The notes under the pieces were generated by a model. It did not search any database, was not told where the DNA came from, and saw nothing but the letters and a program-made list of their open reading frames with translations. 64,000 bases of DNA from Dehalococcoidia bacterium (GTDB lineage Bacteria; Chloroflexota; Dehalococcoidia; SHYB01), in the NCBI GenBank assembly GCA_965219875.1, contig CBDCOW010000003.1:1002458-1066457 (forward strand), given 5' to 3'. The position numbers were made by a program, and so were the translations under genes. Positions 9,367 through 18,360 of this stretch are shown here, piece after piece; position 1 is the first letter of the stretch; each line of letters begins with the position of its first letter.

Positions 9367-10077
9367 CTACTCGGACCGAACGCCCGCGGCCCTTTCGCGA
9401 TAGTGGCTGTCCAATTGACCGTGGACTTGGCTTACCCGGCCCAGCTCGGTCACCAGAGAATCAAGCTGGCCGCCGGGGATGGCCATCAACATCAAATCGT
9501 CCCCGACGGTTGTGTTGATCCGCATGCCGACGCAGCCGAAAGACTGCGACGGCCTGCCCTCAGTGAGGGCTATAGGAACCGCGGCGCAGCCCGGTCTGCC
9601 ATAGACGCCGGTGGGCGCCGCAGCCCAATTCATGAGCCCGCAGCTTTCCGCCACGACCATCGCCTGCCGGGGCGTAGCCCACACTAGCGCGAGATCAGGC
9701 TCGACGGGGAACCGGCTCAGCGGCCCATAGACGATCCCCGCGGACGCTAGGCCGTTCTTCGGTACCTTCTCCACTTCCTCTTCCCGTATGTAGGACGTAC
9801 CGCACATCATCCCCACGTCCTCCATCAGTCGCCCCATCGTCTCGTCGGGCAGTGGGAAGCCCATGACCATCGCACCAAGGGGGCAGTTAAAGTGATCGTC
9901 AGCGGCGGCGTAGAACACGTCGGTCTCAGCCTCATGCCAGAAGGCGCAGGTGGAGGGGACCGCCTTGCCAATCCGGGATACCCCTTCCGGCTGCCCTTGC
10001 ACGAACGCCAGTCCGATCACAGGCTTCGTCAGCGACAATGTACGTTCAATGAATCCGGCCGTTTCGCCGTGCTGCAT
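9367..10077 (-). CDS. DUF169-like protein (conserved Cys-containing, function unknown)
   Basis: 236-aa ORF co-oriented with the hydratase and acyl-CoA dehydrogenase. It has conserved Cys/His positions (CAFWHE, HFNCPLG, CGTSY) reminiscent of DUF169. The family assignment is from memory only. Confidence 0.55.
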   Translation of the reverse strand: MQHGETAGFIERTLSLTKPVIGLAFVQGQPEGVSRIGKAVPSTCAFWHEAETDVFYAAADDHFNCPLGAMVMGFPLPDETMGRLMEDVGMMCGTSYIREEEVEKVPKNGLASAGIVYGPLSRFPVEPDLALVWATPRQAMVVAESCGLMNWAAAPTGVYGRPGCAAVPIALTEGRPSQSFGCVGMRINTTVGDDLMLMAIPGGQLDSLVTELGRVSQVHGQLDSHYRERAAGVRSE

Positions 10078-10109
10078 CCTGGACCTCCTTGGAGAAACGA
10101 TGTTGAGGG

Positions 10110-11282
10110 TTAGCTCCTGGGAAGCCCCAGCCCTCGTGTCGCTATGATATTCCGTTGGATCTCAGACGTCCCGCCGTAGACCGTCAAGTACAGCGACCGG
10201 CGGTAGCCGCTCTCGATCCTCCCCTCGAGCGGCGCCCGTGGTTCGCCGCTCCCCATCTGGCCACGTAGTCCGAGCAAACGCATCCCCAGCAGGAAGAGAC
10301 GCTGCTCCAACTCCGTTCCAAGCAGCTTGACCACCGAGGCCTCCTGATTGGGAATCAAGCCCTGGCTCTGCTTCCACGCCACGTTGTAGCACATGAGACG
10401 GCAGGCCTGGATTTCCGCCGCCATCTCCGCGATTCGATGCCGAATGATCGCGTCGTCCCACGTCGCCCCACTCCCGTTTCCCATCGCGCGGTAGTAAGCC
10501 GTCAACTCCTCCAAGAAGCGCCTGGCCCGGGCCGGAACGCCGACGCCGGAGCGCTCGAAGTCAAGGGAAGCGGCGCCGACGTACCACCCCCGGTTCTTCT
10601 CCCCTACGAGGTTCTGCTTGGGGACGCGGACCTCGTCGAACGTGACGAGGCTCCGGGAGCCGTCGTACATCATGGGGAAGGTGCTGACGGAGATGCCTGG
10701 GCTGTCCATTTCCACGAGGAGGAAGCTGATGCCGCGGTGCTTCGGCGCATTGGGGTCGGTCCGGACCAGCATGAACATCCAATCGGCACCGTTGTGAGCC
10801 CCATTCCAGAGCTTGGCACCGGTGACCACGAAGTCGTCGCCATCCTCCACGGCGACGGTTTGCAGGGAGGCAAGGTCGGAGCCGGCGTCCGCCTCCGAGT
10901 AGCCCTGGGCCCAATCGATGTCCGCGTCGGCGATCTTGTTCAGAAAGAAAGCCTTCTGCTCGGGCGTTCCATGGATCATCAGGACGGGGGCCAGGATATT
11001 GACGCCCATCCCCGTCGCGGGGACGCGGTGATAGGCGGTCTCTTCGTTGAACACCAACTGGCGCATGTGCGGCGCGGCGCGGCCTCCATATTCCCGGGGC
11101 CACGCCATCGTCAGCCACCCTTGCTGCGCCAGTTTCTTCCGGAACTGGTGGATGAGGATGGCGTGCTCGGGCTCCTCGGCGTCTACGTCGAGCGCTCGCC
11201 AGTCCCAGGGAAGCTCGCGGTCGATGAACGCCGCAAGCTCCGCTCTGAACGCTTCGTCTTCGTGTGTGAAGAGAAACTCCAT
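10110..11282 (-). CDS. Acyl-CoA dehydrogenase
   Basis: Start ATG 11282..11280 (MEFLFTHEDEAFRAELAAFI...), the typical ACAD N-terminus. C-terminal YGGTSEIQRNIIA is the ACAD signature. The longer track ORF adds 21 aa of unlikely N-terminus. Confidence 0.9.
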   Translation of the reverse strand: MEFLFTHEDEAFRAELAAFIDRELPWDWRALDVDAEEPEHAILIHQFRKKLAQQGWLTMAWPREYGGRAAPHMRQLVFNEETAYHRVPATGMGVNILAPVLMIHGTPEQKAFFLNKIADADIDWAQGYSEADAGSDLASLQTVAVEDGDDFVVTGAKLWNGAHNGADWMFMLVRTDPNAPKHRGISFLLVEMDSPGISVSTFPMMYDGSRSLVTFDEVRVPKQNLVGEKNRGWYVGAASLDFERSGVGVPARARRFLEELTAYYRAMGNGSGATWDDAIIRHRIAEMAAEIQACRLMCYNVAWKQSQGLIPNQEASVVKLLGTELEQRLFLLGMRLLGLRGQMGSGEPRAPLEGRIESGYRRSLYLTVYGGTSEIQRNIIATRGLGLPRS

Positions 11283-11415
11283 GGTCCCGGTTCGGCGGAG
11301 AGATGGTTTCAGCAGGGGGCTGGCAGCGATTCTACACCGCGGCATGCCGCCACGTTGTTACCGCGCGGGCTGCGGGCTATACTCGGCTCATCAGGCAGCA
11401 GAGCGGCGAGGGAAC

Positions 11416-12522
11416 ATGAGCCTACGGGGCGCGGCCGCGATCGTCGGCATCGGCGAGCTTCCAACCAGAAGGGACTACCCCGGAAGGTCGGCGTATTCTC
11501 TTTGCATTGAGGCCGCGAAACTGGCCATCGACGATGCGGGACTGCGCCACCAAGATATCGACGGCCTCATCACCTCCGCCGAGGACTTCAGCCCGATTAC
11601 GCTGGCCGAACGTTTGGGGCTTCGTCCCACCTTCCTGGAAGGAAGCCACCTCATGGGGGCCAGCGGCGCCCAGTCGATCGGACTCGCCGCCATGGCCGTC
11701 AACGCGGGTCTCGCCAATTACGTGCTCTGCGCCTTCGGGGGCGGCAGGGATCCCGCCTTTGGGCGGGGCGGACACGGGTCCTCCACGAGTATCAGGACGG
11801 AATTCGAGAGTCCCTACGGGCCGGTCGTCGCGGCCAACGGCGTCTACGCGCTGCTCAAACAGCGGCACATGCACCAGTTCGGCTCGACGGACGAGCAGTT
11901 CGCCAAGGTCGCCGCCGACCAGCGGTTCAACGCCCTGACCAACGAGAACGCAGTGTTCCACGGCAAGCCCATCACGACCGGCGACGTGCTGAACTCCCCA
12001 ATGGTGTGCGACCCCTTGCATCTGTTGGAATGCGTTATGCCCTGCGCGGGAGCTTTCGCCTGTGTGGTGACTTCCGCGGAACGGGCTAGGGCGTTGCCCC
12101 ATCCGCCGGCGTTCGTCCTTGGGGTCGGGTCGCACTCGACACACGAGCTCATTTGGCAGAGTCCCGACATCACGACGACTCCCGTCGAGGTATCGGCCCG
12201 GAAGGCCTTCGAAATGGCCCGCTACGGCCCGGGGGATGTCCAGTTCGCCGAACTCTATGACTGATACACGGTCCTCGCGGCCGTGAGCCTCGAAGATGCC
12301 GGGTTCTGCGAGAAGGGTGAGGCCGGGGCCTTTTACGAGTCGACGGACACGACCTACAAGGGAAGCTTCCCGGTCAACACGGACGGCGGCCAGCTCTCGG
12401 GCGGCCAGCTCACCGGCATGGGCGGGGGGTTCCGGCAGGTCGTCGAAGGTGCGCGCCAGATCATGGGCCGTGGCGGCGAGCGCCAAGTGCCGAAAGCGGA
12501 CCTCTGCACGATAAACGGCTGA
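11416..12522 (+). CDS. SCP2-type (nsLTP/lipid-transfer-protein-like) thiolase, interrupted by an in-frame TGA at 12262..12264 (candidate selenocysteine codon, or nonsense/pseudogene)
   Basis: MSLRGAAAIVGIGELPTRRDYPGRSAYSLCIEAAKLAIDDAGL... ATG at 11416 after a GAGGG. The frame reads ...QFAELYD-TGA-YTVLAAVSLEDAGFCEKGEAGAFYES...PVNTDGGQLSGGQLTGMGGGFRQVVEGARQIMGRGGERQV. The TGA sits where SCP2-thiolases carry the Cys of the (H/Y)DCF loop. The 79 downstream codons stay in frame and family-typical. Confidence 0.75.
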
Positions 12523-12586
12523 GGCGGCGACGCGAGCGTGATGTTCACGCTCATGCTCGGATCGGAAGCAGCCGAGTAGGCCGTCG

Positions 12587-13006
12587 ATGAGCGAAGCCGG
12601 TTACTCCAAGCCCCTCCCGATACCCGCGGACCCCGAGCTGACCAGGCCCTTCTGGGAGGCGGCCAAGCGCCACGAGCTACTCATCCCGCGCTGCGGCGAG
12701 TGCGGTCGCTTCTTCTTCTACCCCAGGCACGCGTGTCCGAATTGCCTGTCGTCGGACTGGGAGTGGGCGCCGGTCAGCGGTCGAGGCCGCGTCTACAGCT
12801 TCACCTTGGTCCGCCGGCCCGCCGACCCATCTTTCGCGGGCGACGTGCCCTACGCCTACGCCGTCGTCGAGCTTGACGAGGGGCCTCGAATGGTAACCGG
12901 CATCGTCGACTGCCCGCTCGAGGCCATCGAGATCGACATGCCGGTCCAAGTCCGGTTCGACGACGTGACCCCCGAGTGGACGCTGGTGAAGTTCGCCCCC
13001 GCTTGA
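12587..13006 (+). CDS. DUF35 family Zn-ribbon/OB-fold protein (thiolase-associated)
   Basis: CGECGRFFFYPRHACPNCLS zinc ribbon followed by an OB fold. DUF35 proteins characteristically accompany SCP2-type thiolases. Confidence 0.8.
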   Translation: MSEAGYSKPLPIPADPELTRPFWEAAKRHELLIPRCGECGRFFFYPRHACPNCLSSDWEWAPVSGRGRVYSFTLVRRPADPSFAGDVPYAYAVVELDEGPRMVTGIVDCPLEAIEIDMPVQVRFDDVTPEWTLVKFAPA

Positions 13007-13011
13007 GCGCC

Positions 13012-14733
13012 TCACGCCCCTTCGCCGGGCGGGGTGATCGTAATCGCACCTTGGGCGGCAAGCCATTCGACCACGTCCGTGGCCACCCTGCGCTCGAAGC
13101 CGTCGAACGCGTGGTTGCAATGCTCGTACCAGCGTTGGACCACGGCCGGCGAGCGAGCGGCCGCGGCCTCCAGCTCGTGCATGCGGGCGCGGTCGTTGAA
13201 GTTGTCCTCGGAGCCGGACAGCAGCATGATCGGCACGTCGACCTCGGCGATCCTCTTCGAGTGCGCCGCGATGGTCTCGGGGGCCCACATCTCCAGCCAG
13301 CAGTCCGCCCGCATCACGATCTGCATCAAGGCGTTATAGGGATCGGGGTGCGGCCGCTCGGACCACTCGGCGATGACCTGATCGCCCCGGCCGGCCGCGA
13401 CGAGCTCTCGCGCCCGCTTCACCGTCGTGGCGTACTTCTCGTCGCCGAGGCCGCGGCGCATCCAGTCAGCGTGTTCGGCAGTCGGCGCCATGTGGACGTT
13501 CGCGACGACCAGCGGATTGTGGAACAGGGCTTGGTGCAGGGTGACGGAGATGCTGCCATTGCTGTGCCCGCTCGTGACGATGCGCTGGTAGCCGCGCGAG
13601 GCGAGCAATTCCACCCACGCGTCGATGTCCTCGGCGTCCATTCGCGGCGGGGCGGTCATGCGGCCCTCGGCACCGCTCCGCCGCAGCCCCACACTGAGCG
13701 TGGCTAGCCCGTGCTCCGCGTACACCGGCGCCAGCATGGCCGCGACGTTTCGGAACGGTATGGACCCGATGCCATGCACGTAGATGACGGCGCTATCCGT
13801 GGCGCGGCTTTCTTCCGGCATCCAGAGAAGACCTACCAGCGTCCGCCCGTCCTTGGCCTCGACGGTAACGACGTCAGTTTCGGGGGGCGGACCGGCCGGC
13901 GGCGGCACCAACCCGCGAGCCCACTGCGCCAGGGCCTCGCCGATGTCGGTCGCCGTCTCCGCTCGGACTGAGCGGACTTCACGGCTCACAGCGGCCCTCT
14001 GCGCGAGGGCTTCGGCCCACGCTGAGTCGCCTCCCGCCACCAGGATCGGAGCCATGATCGTCTCGACGGCCCGGCTGATCTTGGTGTCCGCGGCCTTGCC
14101 CCACCAACTGAGAAAGAGGCTGGAGGGCTGGAATATCTTCATCGTCACGCCGTCCGGGCCGGTGGGTTCGAGGTCGACGTACTCATGCAAGCCGACGCCA
14201 TAGCGCAGCGCTCGCGCCGCCGCCTCGAGACGTTCCTGGTAGCGCGCCGCGCCCAAGGCCTCCGAGAGCCAGTCGCCGAGATCATGCGCTGGCCGCACCA
14301 GCGCGATACCCTTCACACGAAGATCGGGCCGCCTCGCCGCGAAACGCGCCACGCTGAGGGCGCCGACCTCTTCCCCCACCAGAAAGACCTCGGTGAAGCC
14401 GAGCGTCGCCATATGGTCTAGGGCGAGCCCAAGATCGGCGCTGTCGTCTTCTGGACTCGCTACCGCCTGTCCCTCGAGGCCGCGCCGCCGCAGGGCGAAG
14501 CTCAGAAAGCCGTACCCTTGCGCGGCCAGAGCCGGCCCCAAGGCCCTAGGCAGGGGATCGGAGTGATAGCCGCCCCAACGGTGCGCGAAGAGGAACGCCG
14601 GGCCTCCCTGACCGCGCATTTGCCCACGCGGCAGGTAGAGCAAGCCATTGGCGATCGGGAACAGACGCGCCGTCGGAATGACCTCCCGGCTGTTCCAGAT
14701 GGTAATGGCTTGGACGGTGTAGGCGCCGGCCAT
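13012..14733 (-). CDS. Tandem double alpha/beta-hydrolase fold protein (C-terminal domain with GHSNG nucleophile elbow; N-terminal domain degenerate)
   Basis: Two repeated alpha/beta-hydrolase-like halves. The C-terminal half has VIYVHGIGS...SGHSNGS. The N-terminal half has VGEEVGA where GxSxG is expected. ATG 14733..14731 lies 2 nt after the amidase stop. Confidence 0.65.
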   Translation of the reverse strand: MAGAYTVQAITIWNSREVIPTARLFPIANGLLYLPRGQMRGQGGPAFLFAHRWGGYHSDPLPRALGPALAAQGYGFLSFALRRRGLEGQAVASPEDDSADLGLALDHMATLGFTEVFLVGEEVGALSVARFAARRPDLRVKGIALVRPAHDLGDWLSEALGAARYQERLEAAARALRYGVGLHEYVDLEPTGPDGVTMKIFQPSSLFLSWWGKAADTKISRAVETIMAPILVAGGDSAWAEALAQRAAVSREVRSVRAETATDIGEALAQWARGLVPPPAGPPPETDVVTVEAKDGRTLVGLLWMPEESRATDSAVIYVHGIGSIPFRNVAAMLAPVYAEHGLATLSVGLRRSGAEGRMTAPPRMDAEDIDAWVELLASRGYQRIVTSGHSNGSISVTLHQALFHNPLVVANVHMAPTAEHADWMRRGLGDEKYATTVKRARELVAAGRGDQVIAEWSERPHPDPYNALMQIVMRADCWLEMWAPETIAAHSKRIAEVDVPIMLLSGSEDNFNDRARMHELEAAAARSPAVVQRWYEHCNHAFDGFERRVATDVVEWLAAQGAITITPPGEGA

Positions 14734-14735
14734 GT

Positions 14736-16151
14736 CTAGTCGAGGCTGGGACGTATTGCCGCCCAGGGCCTGGCCTGCTCGAACGCGGCGGAGACCTGCA
14801 GGACTAGGGCATCGGCGCCTCTCGCTCCAACGATCTGCAGCCCAACGGGCAGGCCCTCCGGGGTGAACCCACACGGCACCGTCGCGGCCGGGTTACCGGC
14901 CAGGTTGAACGGGTAGGTGAACGGCGCGAAGCCGCGCCAGGGGTGCTCCATCGTCCTACCGCCGATCTCCTCGGGGAACTCGCCGTGCGGGAACGCCGTG
15001 GCGGCGAGCGTGGGCGTCAGAAGGATGTCGTACCGCTCGAACCAGTCGTCCATGCGGGCGGTAAATCCTTCGAGGCGGCCCATAGCCAGCGCATACTCCG
15101 CGCCCGTGACCGACTTGCCGGCGCCGACCCGGTCTTTGACGTAGTCGGTCAGTAGGTCACCCTGGGTCTCCAACACCGTCTCGTACATGGAGAAGAGCGC
15201 CGATATACCGATGGGCTCGTAGATGTCCCACGGGTCCTGGAAGGCAAACGGCGGCTCCTCGACCACCGCCCCCAGGCTCTCGAAGGCGCGCGCCGCATCT
15301 TCGGCGATTCGCGCGACTTCCTGGTCGACGGCGGCGTACCCCAAGTCCGGCGACCAGGCCATGACGAGCCCGTCGATGCGGTCGTGCAGGCCCGCCTGAT
15401 AGTTGGGCGGGCGTTGCCGCAGAGAGATGTTGTAGCGCCGGTCGTACCCGGCGATGACGCGGAGCAGGAGCGCCGAGTCCTCGACCGTGCGGGAGAGGGG
15501 CCCCTGCTGGCCGAAGGCGCTAAACACGGGCCGGGGTCCCGACGCCATGGGCACGAGCCCCCTCGAGGGTTTGTAGCCGAAGACGCCGCAGAAGGCGGCC
15601 GGGTTGCGGATAGAGCCGGCCATGTCGCCGCCAAGGGCCAGGGGCCCGAGGCCGGCGGCCACGGCCGTCGCAGCGCCGCCGCTGGACCCTCCCACCGTAC
15701 GCCCCACGTCCCACGGGTTGTTGCATGGGCCTCCCAGGCGGTTCTCCGTGGTGCTCCACGCCGCGAACTCGGGGGTGTTGGTCTTCCCCAGGATGATCGC
15801 CCCCGCCTGCTTGACGCGCTCCACCACGATGGCGTCCTGGGCGGGGACGTTGTTCTTGAACAGAAGGGAGCCCATCGTCGTGCGGATGCCCTTGGTGGCC
15901 GTCAGGTCTTTGAAGGAAAGCGGGACGCCGTGGAGCAGGCCGGTCGGTACCTCCCGCATGAGCGCGTCTTCGGCGGCCCGCGCGGCGGCAAGCGCCTCGT
16001 CGCCACAGACCGTGAGGTAGGCGTTCAGCTTGGGATTCAGCCGCTCGATGCGATCAAGGAGCGCCTGCACCGCCTCCACCGGCGAGACTTCCCTCGCGGC
16101 GATCATCTTTGCCAGCCGCACTGCGGAAACGAACGCGAACTCCGGCGCCAT
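14736..16151 (-). CDS. Amidase (amidase signature family, GatA-like)
   Basis: AS signature GGSSGGAATAVAAGLGPLALGGDMAGSIRNPAAFCGVFGYKPSRG. Start ATG 16151..16149 after AGGGAGGG. The 150-aa upstream part of the track ORF is low-complexity artefact. Confidence 0.9.
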   Translation of the reverse strand: MAPEFAFVSAVRLAKMIAAREVSPVEAVQALLDRIERLNPKLNAYLTVCGDEALAAARAAEDALMREVPTGLLHGVPLSFKDLTATKGIRTTMGSLLFKNNVPAQDAIVVERVKQAGAIILGKTNTPEFAAWSTTENRLGGPCNNPWDVGRTVGGSSGGAATAVAAGLGPLALGGDMAGSIRNPAAFCGVFGYKPSRGLVPMASGPRPVFSAFGQQGPLSRTVEDSALLLRVIAGYDRRYNISLRQRPPNYQAGLHDRIDGLVMAWSPDLGYAAVDQEVARIAEDAARAFESLGAVVEEPPFAFQDPWDIYEPIGISALFSMYETVLETQGDLLTDYVKDRVGAGKSVTGAEYALAMGRLEGFTARMDDWFERYDILLTPTLAATAFPHGEFPEEIGGRTMEHPWRGFAPFTYPFNLAGNPAATVPCGFTPEGLPVGLQIVGARGADALVLQVSAAFEQARPWAAIRPSLD

Positions 16152-16291
16152 GCTTCCCTCCCTGGACTCTTGTCCTGCCGCCGGTAGGCCCAACCGCAGC
16201 CCGGCTTGCGAATTCCGTTTGTGAAATCTATCGCAGACGTTGAATCTGATCGCCGAACTCTGGAAAAAATCCGTTATCCGTAGGCTTTCGC

Positions 16292-16347
16292 TTGACAACG
16301 GTTCGGGGGCTATGTTACTAGATGCGGGCAAGACCCACCGAACCGTT
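16292..16347 (+). promoter_or_regulatory. Candidate sigma70-like promoter (TTGACA 16292..16297, 17-nt spacer, TTACTA) flanked by a 9-bp perfect inverted repeat AACGGTTCG (16297..16305) / CGAACCGTT (16339..16347)
   Basis: Located in the divergent intergenic region between the amidase and the SBP gene. The inverted-repeat pair brackets the putative -10 region and is operator-like. Confidence 0.3.
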
Positions 16348-16421
16348 GCGAAAAACCGCTTCGCGCGCATGGGTGGCAGGCGTAGGTGCGCTAAAGCGCG
16401 CCCGCACTCAGGAGGCCGAAG

Positions 16422-18272
16422 ATGGCTCCCTCTATTTCCCGCAAATTGATGGTGATCCTCGCCGTAGGCATTGTCACCGCGCTTGTCGCGTCGGCATGCG
16501 GCGGGGCGCAAGGACCGCCTGGGCCAGCAGGGCCGGCGGGCGCTCAAGGGCCGGCGGGCGCCGAAGGACCGGCGGGCGCCGAAGGACCGGCGGGCGCTCA
16601 AGGACCGTCGGCGGGTGTGGCTCCGGCTCCCACGGCCATGCCGGCTCCGACGGCCGCTCCCACGGCCATGCCGGCTCCGACGGCCGCTCCCACGGCCATG
16701 CCGGCTCCGACGGCTACACCGGCTCCGCCTCCTCCGACGGAGGGACCCAGCATCAAGCGCGGCGGCTCGCTGATCCGCTCAGAGCGGAAGGACCCGCCGC
16801 ACCTCGACCCGCACGCCTCCGTCGCCGCCATCGACCTCTTCTACATCTCGCAACTCTACAGCACGCTGCTCATGAACCCCGCTGGAACGGAGCTCGTGTG
16901 CGACCTGTGCGAGACCTGGGAGTACGTGGGCGACGGCACCACCGCCGTATTCAATCTCAGGGAAGACCCCACCTTCGCCGATGGCTCGCCCGTTGAGGCG
17001 CAAGACGTGGTCTATAGCCTTAACAAGATGGTCGGACTGGTGCCTGATGAAGCTAAGTCCACCAAATGTGGAGCGATGAGCGTCTACCTGGCGGAGGACA
17101 ACCCCTTCGAGGCCCCCGACAGCCGGACGGTCGTCATCAACCTGGCCTTCTCAGCCGCCGCGTTCCCCAAGTTCATCGCCATGAACTTCTGCGGCGTCGT
17201 CCAGGACGGCACCCCCCGGGACGCCCTCAAGACCGAGGCGATGGGGAGCGGCGCTTTCGTGATCGGGCGGTGGGACACCGGAGCCGTGGTCGAGATGGAG
17301 GCCCGCGCCGACTTCTGGAAGGAGGGCTTCCCCTACCTGGACTCCTTCGTCATTCCGATCATCTCCGACACGACCGCCGCGACCGCCGCGGTGCTCACCG
17401 GACGGCTAGACCGGGCCCGGGTGAGCTCGAGCGCGGACCAGCGCTCGGAGTACGACAGGTTCGTGGCCGAGGGCAAAGGGGAGTGGCAACTGGAGCCGTG
17501 CAATTGCATCTGGGGCGTCGCCATGAACACGACGCGCCCGCCTTTCGACAACCAGATGCTCAGACAGGCGGTGAACCTCGCCCTCGACCGTGAAAGCCAC
17601 GACGCGATCGTGCGCAATGGGCAAGCGTCCGTGAGCCTCTACCAGCCAGGCTTGTGGCCCGGCGCCCGGACGGCGGACGAGATATGGAACAAGATTCCGG
17701 GATGGGCTACCGGAGACGCGAAGGAGGCGGAGCTCGAGCAGGCGAGACAGCTCGTGGCCGAAGCGGGCTATCCCGACGGTATCGACGTCACGATCCTGCA
17801 CAGCGGCTATTCAGCCTCGATCACGCGATGGGTCGAGTGGGTCTCCACGCAGCTGCCCAGAGTCGGAATCAACGTGACCGCGGACACCTACCCCGACCGG
17901 GCAAGCTTTTTCGAGCAGTTCAACAGCTTCGGGTTCGATATGGTCTATTTCGCGTGGGTGACGGGATTGCCCGAGCCGGACGTGTGGATCGGTCAGTTCT
18001 TCAGAAGCACCGGGAGTTCCAACATCACCGGCTTCAACGACCCCGTCATCGACGAGATGTTCGTGGAGCAGAGCTCGACGCTCGATCCGCAGAAGAGGAT
18101 CGAGCTCGTGACCCAGATCGAAGACAGGATTCTCGAGCAGATGCCCATCGCTCCGGCGTCGGACAGCTTCTCGAACTTCATCATGTGGAACCACTTCATG
18201 GGCTATGACAACGCCAACGGAGAGTTCTACCATGACCGGGCAGAGTGGCTCTACGATGGAAGGGTGCAGTAG
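16422..18272 (+). CDS. ABC transporter substrate-binding lipoprotein, family 5 (DppA/OppA-like) with collagen-like and Pro/Thr/Ala-rich linker
   Basis: Signal peptide with lipobox-like LVASAC. The mature domain matches SBP_bac_5. Residues 27-107 are low-complexity: GPPGPAGPAGAQGPAGAEGPAGAEGPAGAQGP followed by APTAMPAPTAAPTAMP... Confidence 0.9.
   Translation: MAPSISRKLMVILAVGIVTALVASACGGAQGPPGPAGPAGAQGPAGAEGPAGAEGPAGAQGPSAGVAPAPTAMPAPTAAPTAMPAPTAAPTAMPAPTATPAPPPPTEGPSIKRGGSLIRSERKDPPHLDPHASVAAIDLFYISQLYSTLLMNPAGTELVCDLCETWEYVGDGTTAVFNLREDPTFADGSPVEAQDVVYSLNKMVGLVPDEAKSTKCGAMSVYLAEDNPFEAPDSRTVVINLAFSAAAFPKFIAMNFCGVVQDGTPRDALKTEAMGSGAFVIGRWDTGAVVEMEARADFWKEGFPYLDSFVIPIISDTTAATAAVLTGRLDRARVSSSADQRSEYDRFVAEGKGEWQLEPCNCIWGVAMNTTRPPFDNQMLRQAVNLALDRESHDAIVRNGQASVSLYQPGLWPGARTADEIWNKIPGWATGDAKEAELEQARQLVAEAGYPDGIDVTILHSGYSASITRWVEWVSTQLPRVGINVTADTYPDRASFFEQFNSFGFDMVYFAWVTGLPEPDVWIGQFFRSTGSSNITGFNDPVIDEMFVEQSSTLDPQKRIELVTQIEDRILEQMPIAPASDSFSNFIMWNHFMGYDNANGEFYHDRAEWLYDGRVQ
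16500..16745 (+). repeat. Intragenic tandem repeats (18-nt GGACCGGCGGGCGCCGAA-type units, then three 30-nt units) encoding 11 Gly-X-Y triplets and a PT-rich linker
   Basis: Directly visible nucleotide periodicity inside the SBP gene. Confidence 0.8.
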
Positions 18273-18360
18273 CCCCCGGCCGCAAGCAGGCGTTTTCGCA
18301 AGACGACCCCTTGGAATGGCCCCCCGAAAAGGGGGGCCATTCGCTTAACCCCGGAGCCCG

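Noticed and set aside
12262-12264. Alternative genetic code (TGA as Gly/Trp, e.g. code 25 or 4)
   Set aside because: TGA terminates several well-defined genes in this window (1381, 4340, 21345, 25551). Composition is high-GC, unlike the lineages that use those codes.
12283-12522. Stand-alone 79-aa gene (GTG start) downstream of the thiolase
   Set aside because: It is in the same frame as the thiolase and is exactly the thiolase C-terminal catalytic region. A thiolase split at that point would not fold, so it is treated as a continuation across the TGA.
12533-12551. Hairpin GAGCGTGA-tgt-TCACGCTC considered as a SECIS for the thiolase TGA
   Set aside because: It lies ~270 nt downstream of the TGA, beyond the stop of the gene. 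Bacterial SECIS elements sit immediately 3' of the UGA. More likely a terminator or attenuator between the thiolase and the DUF35 gene.
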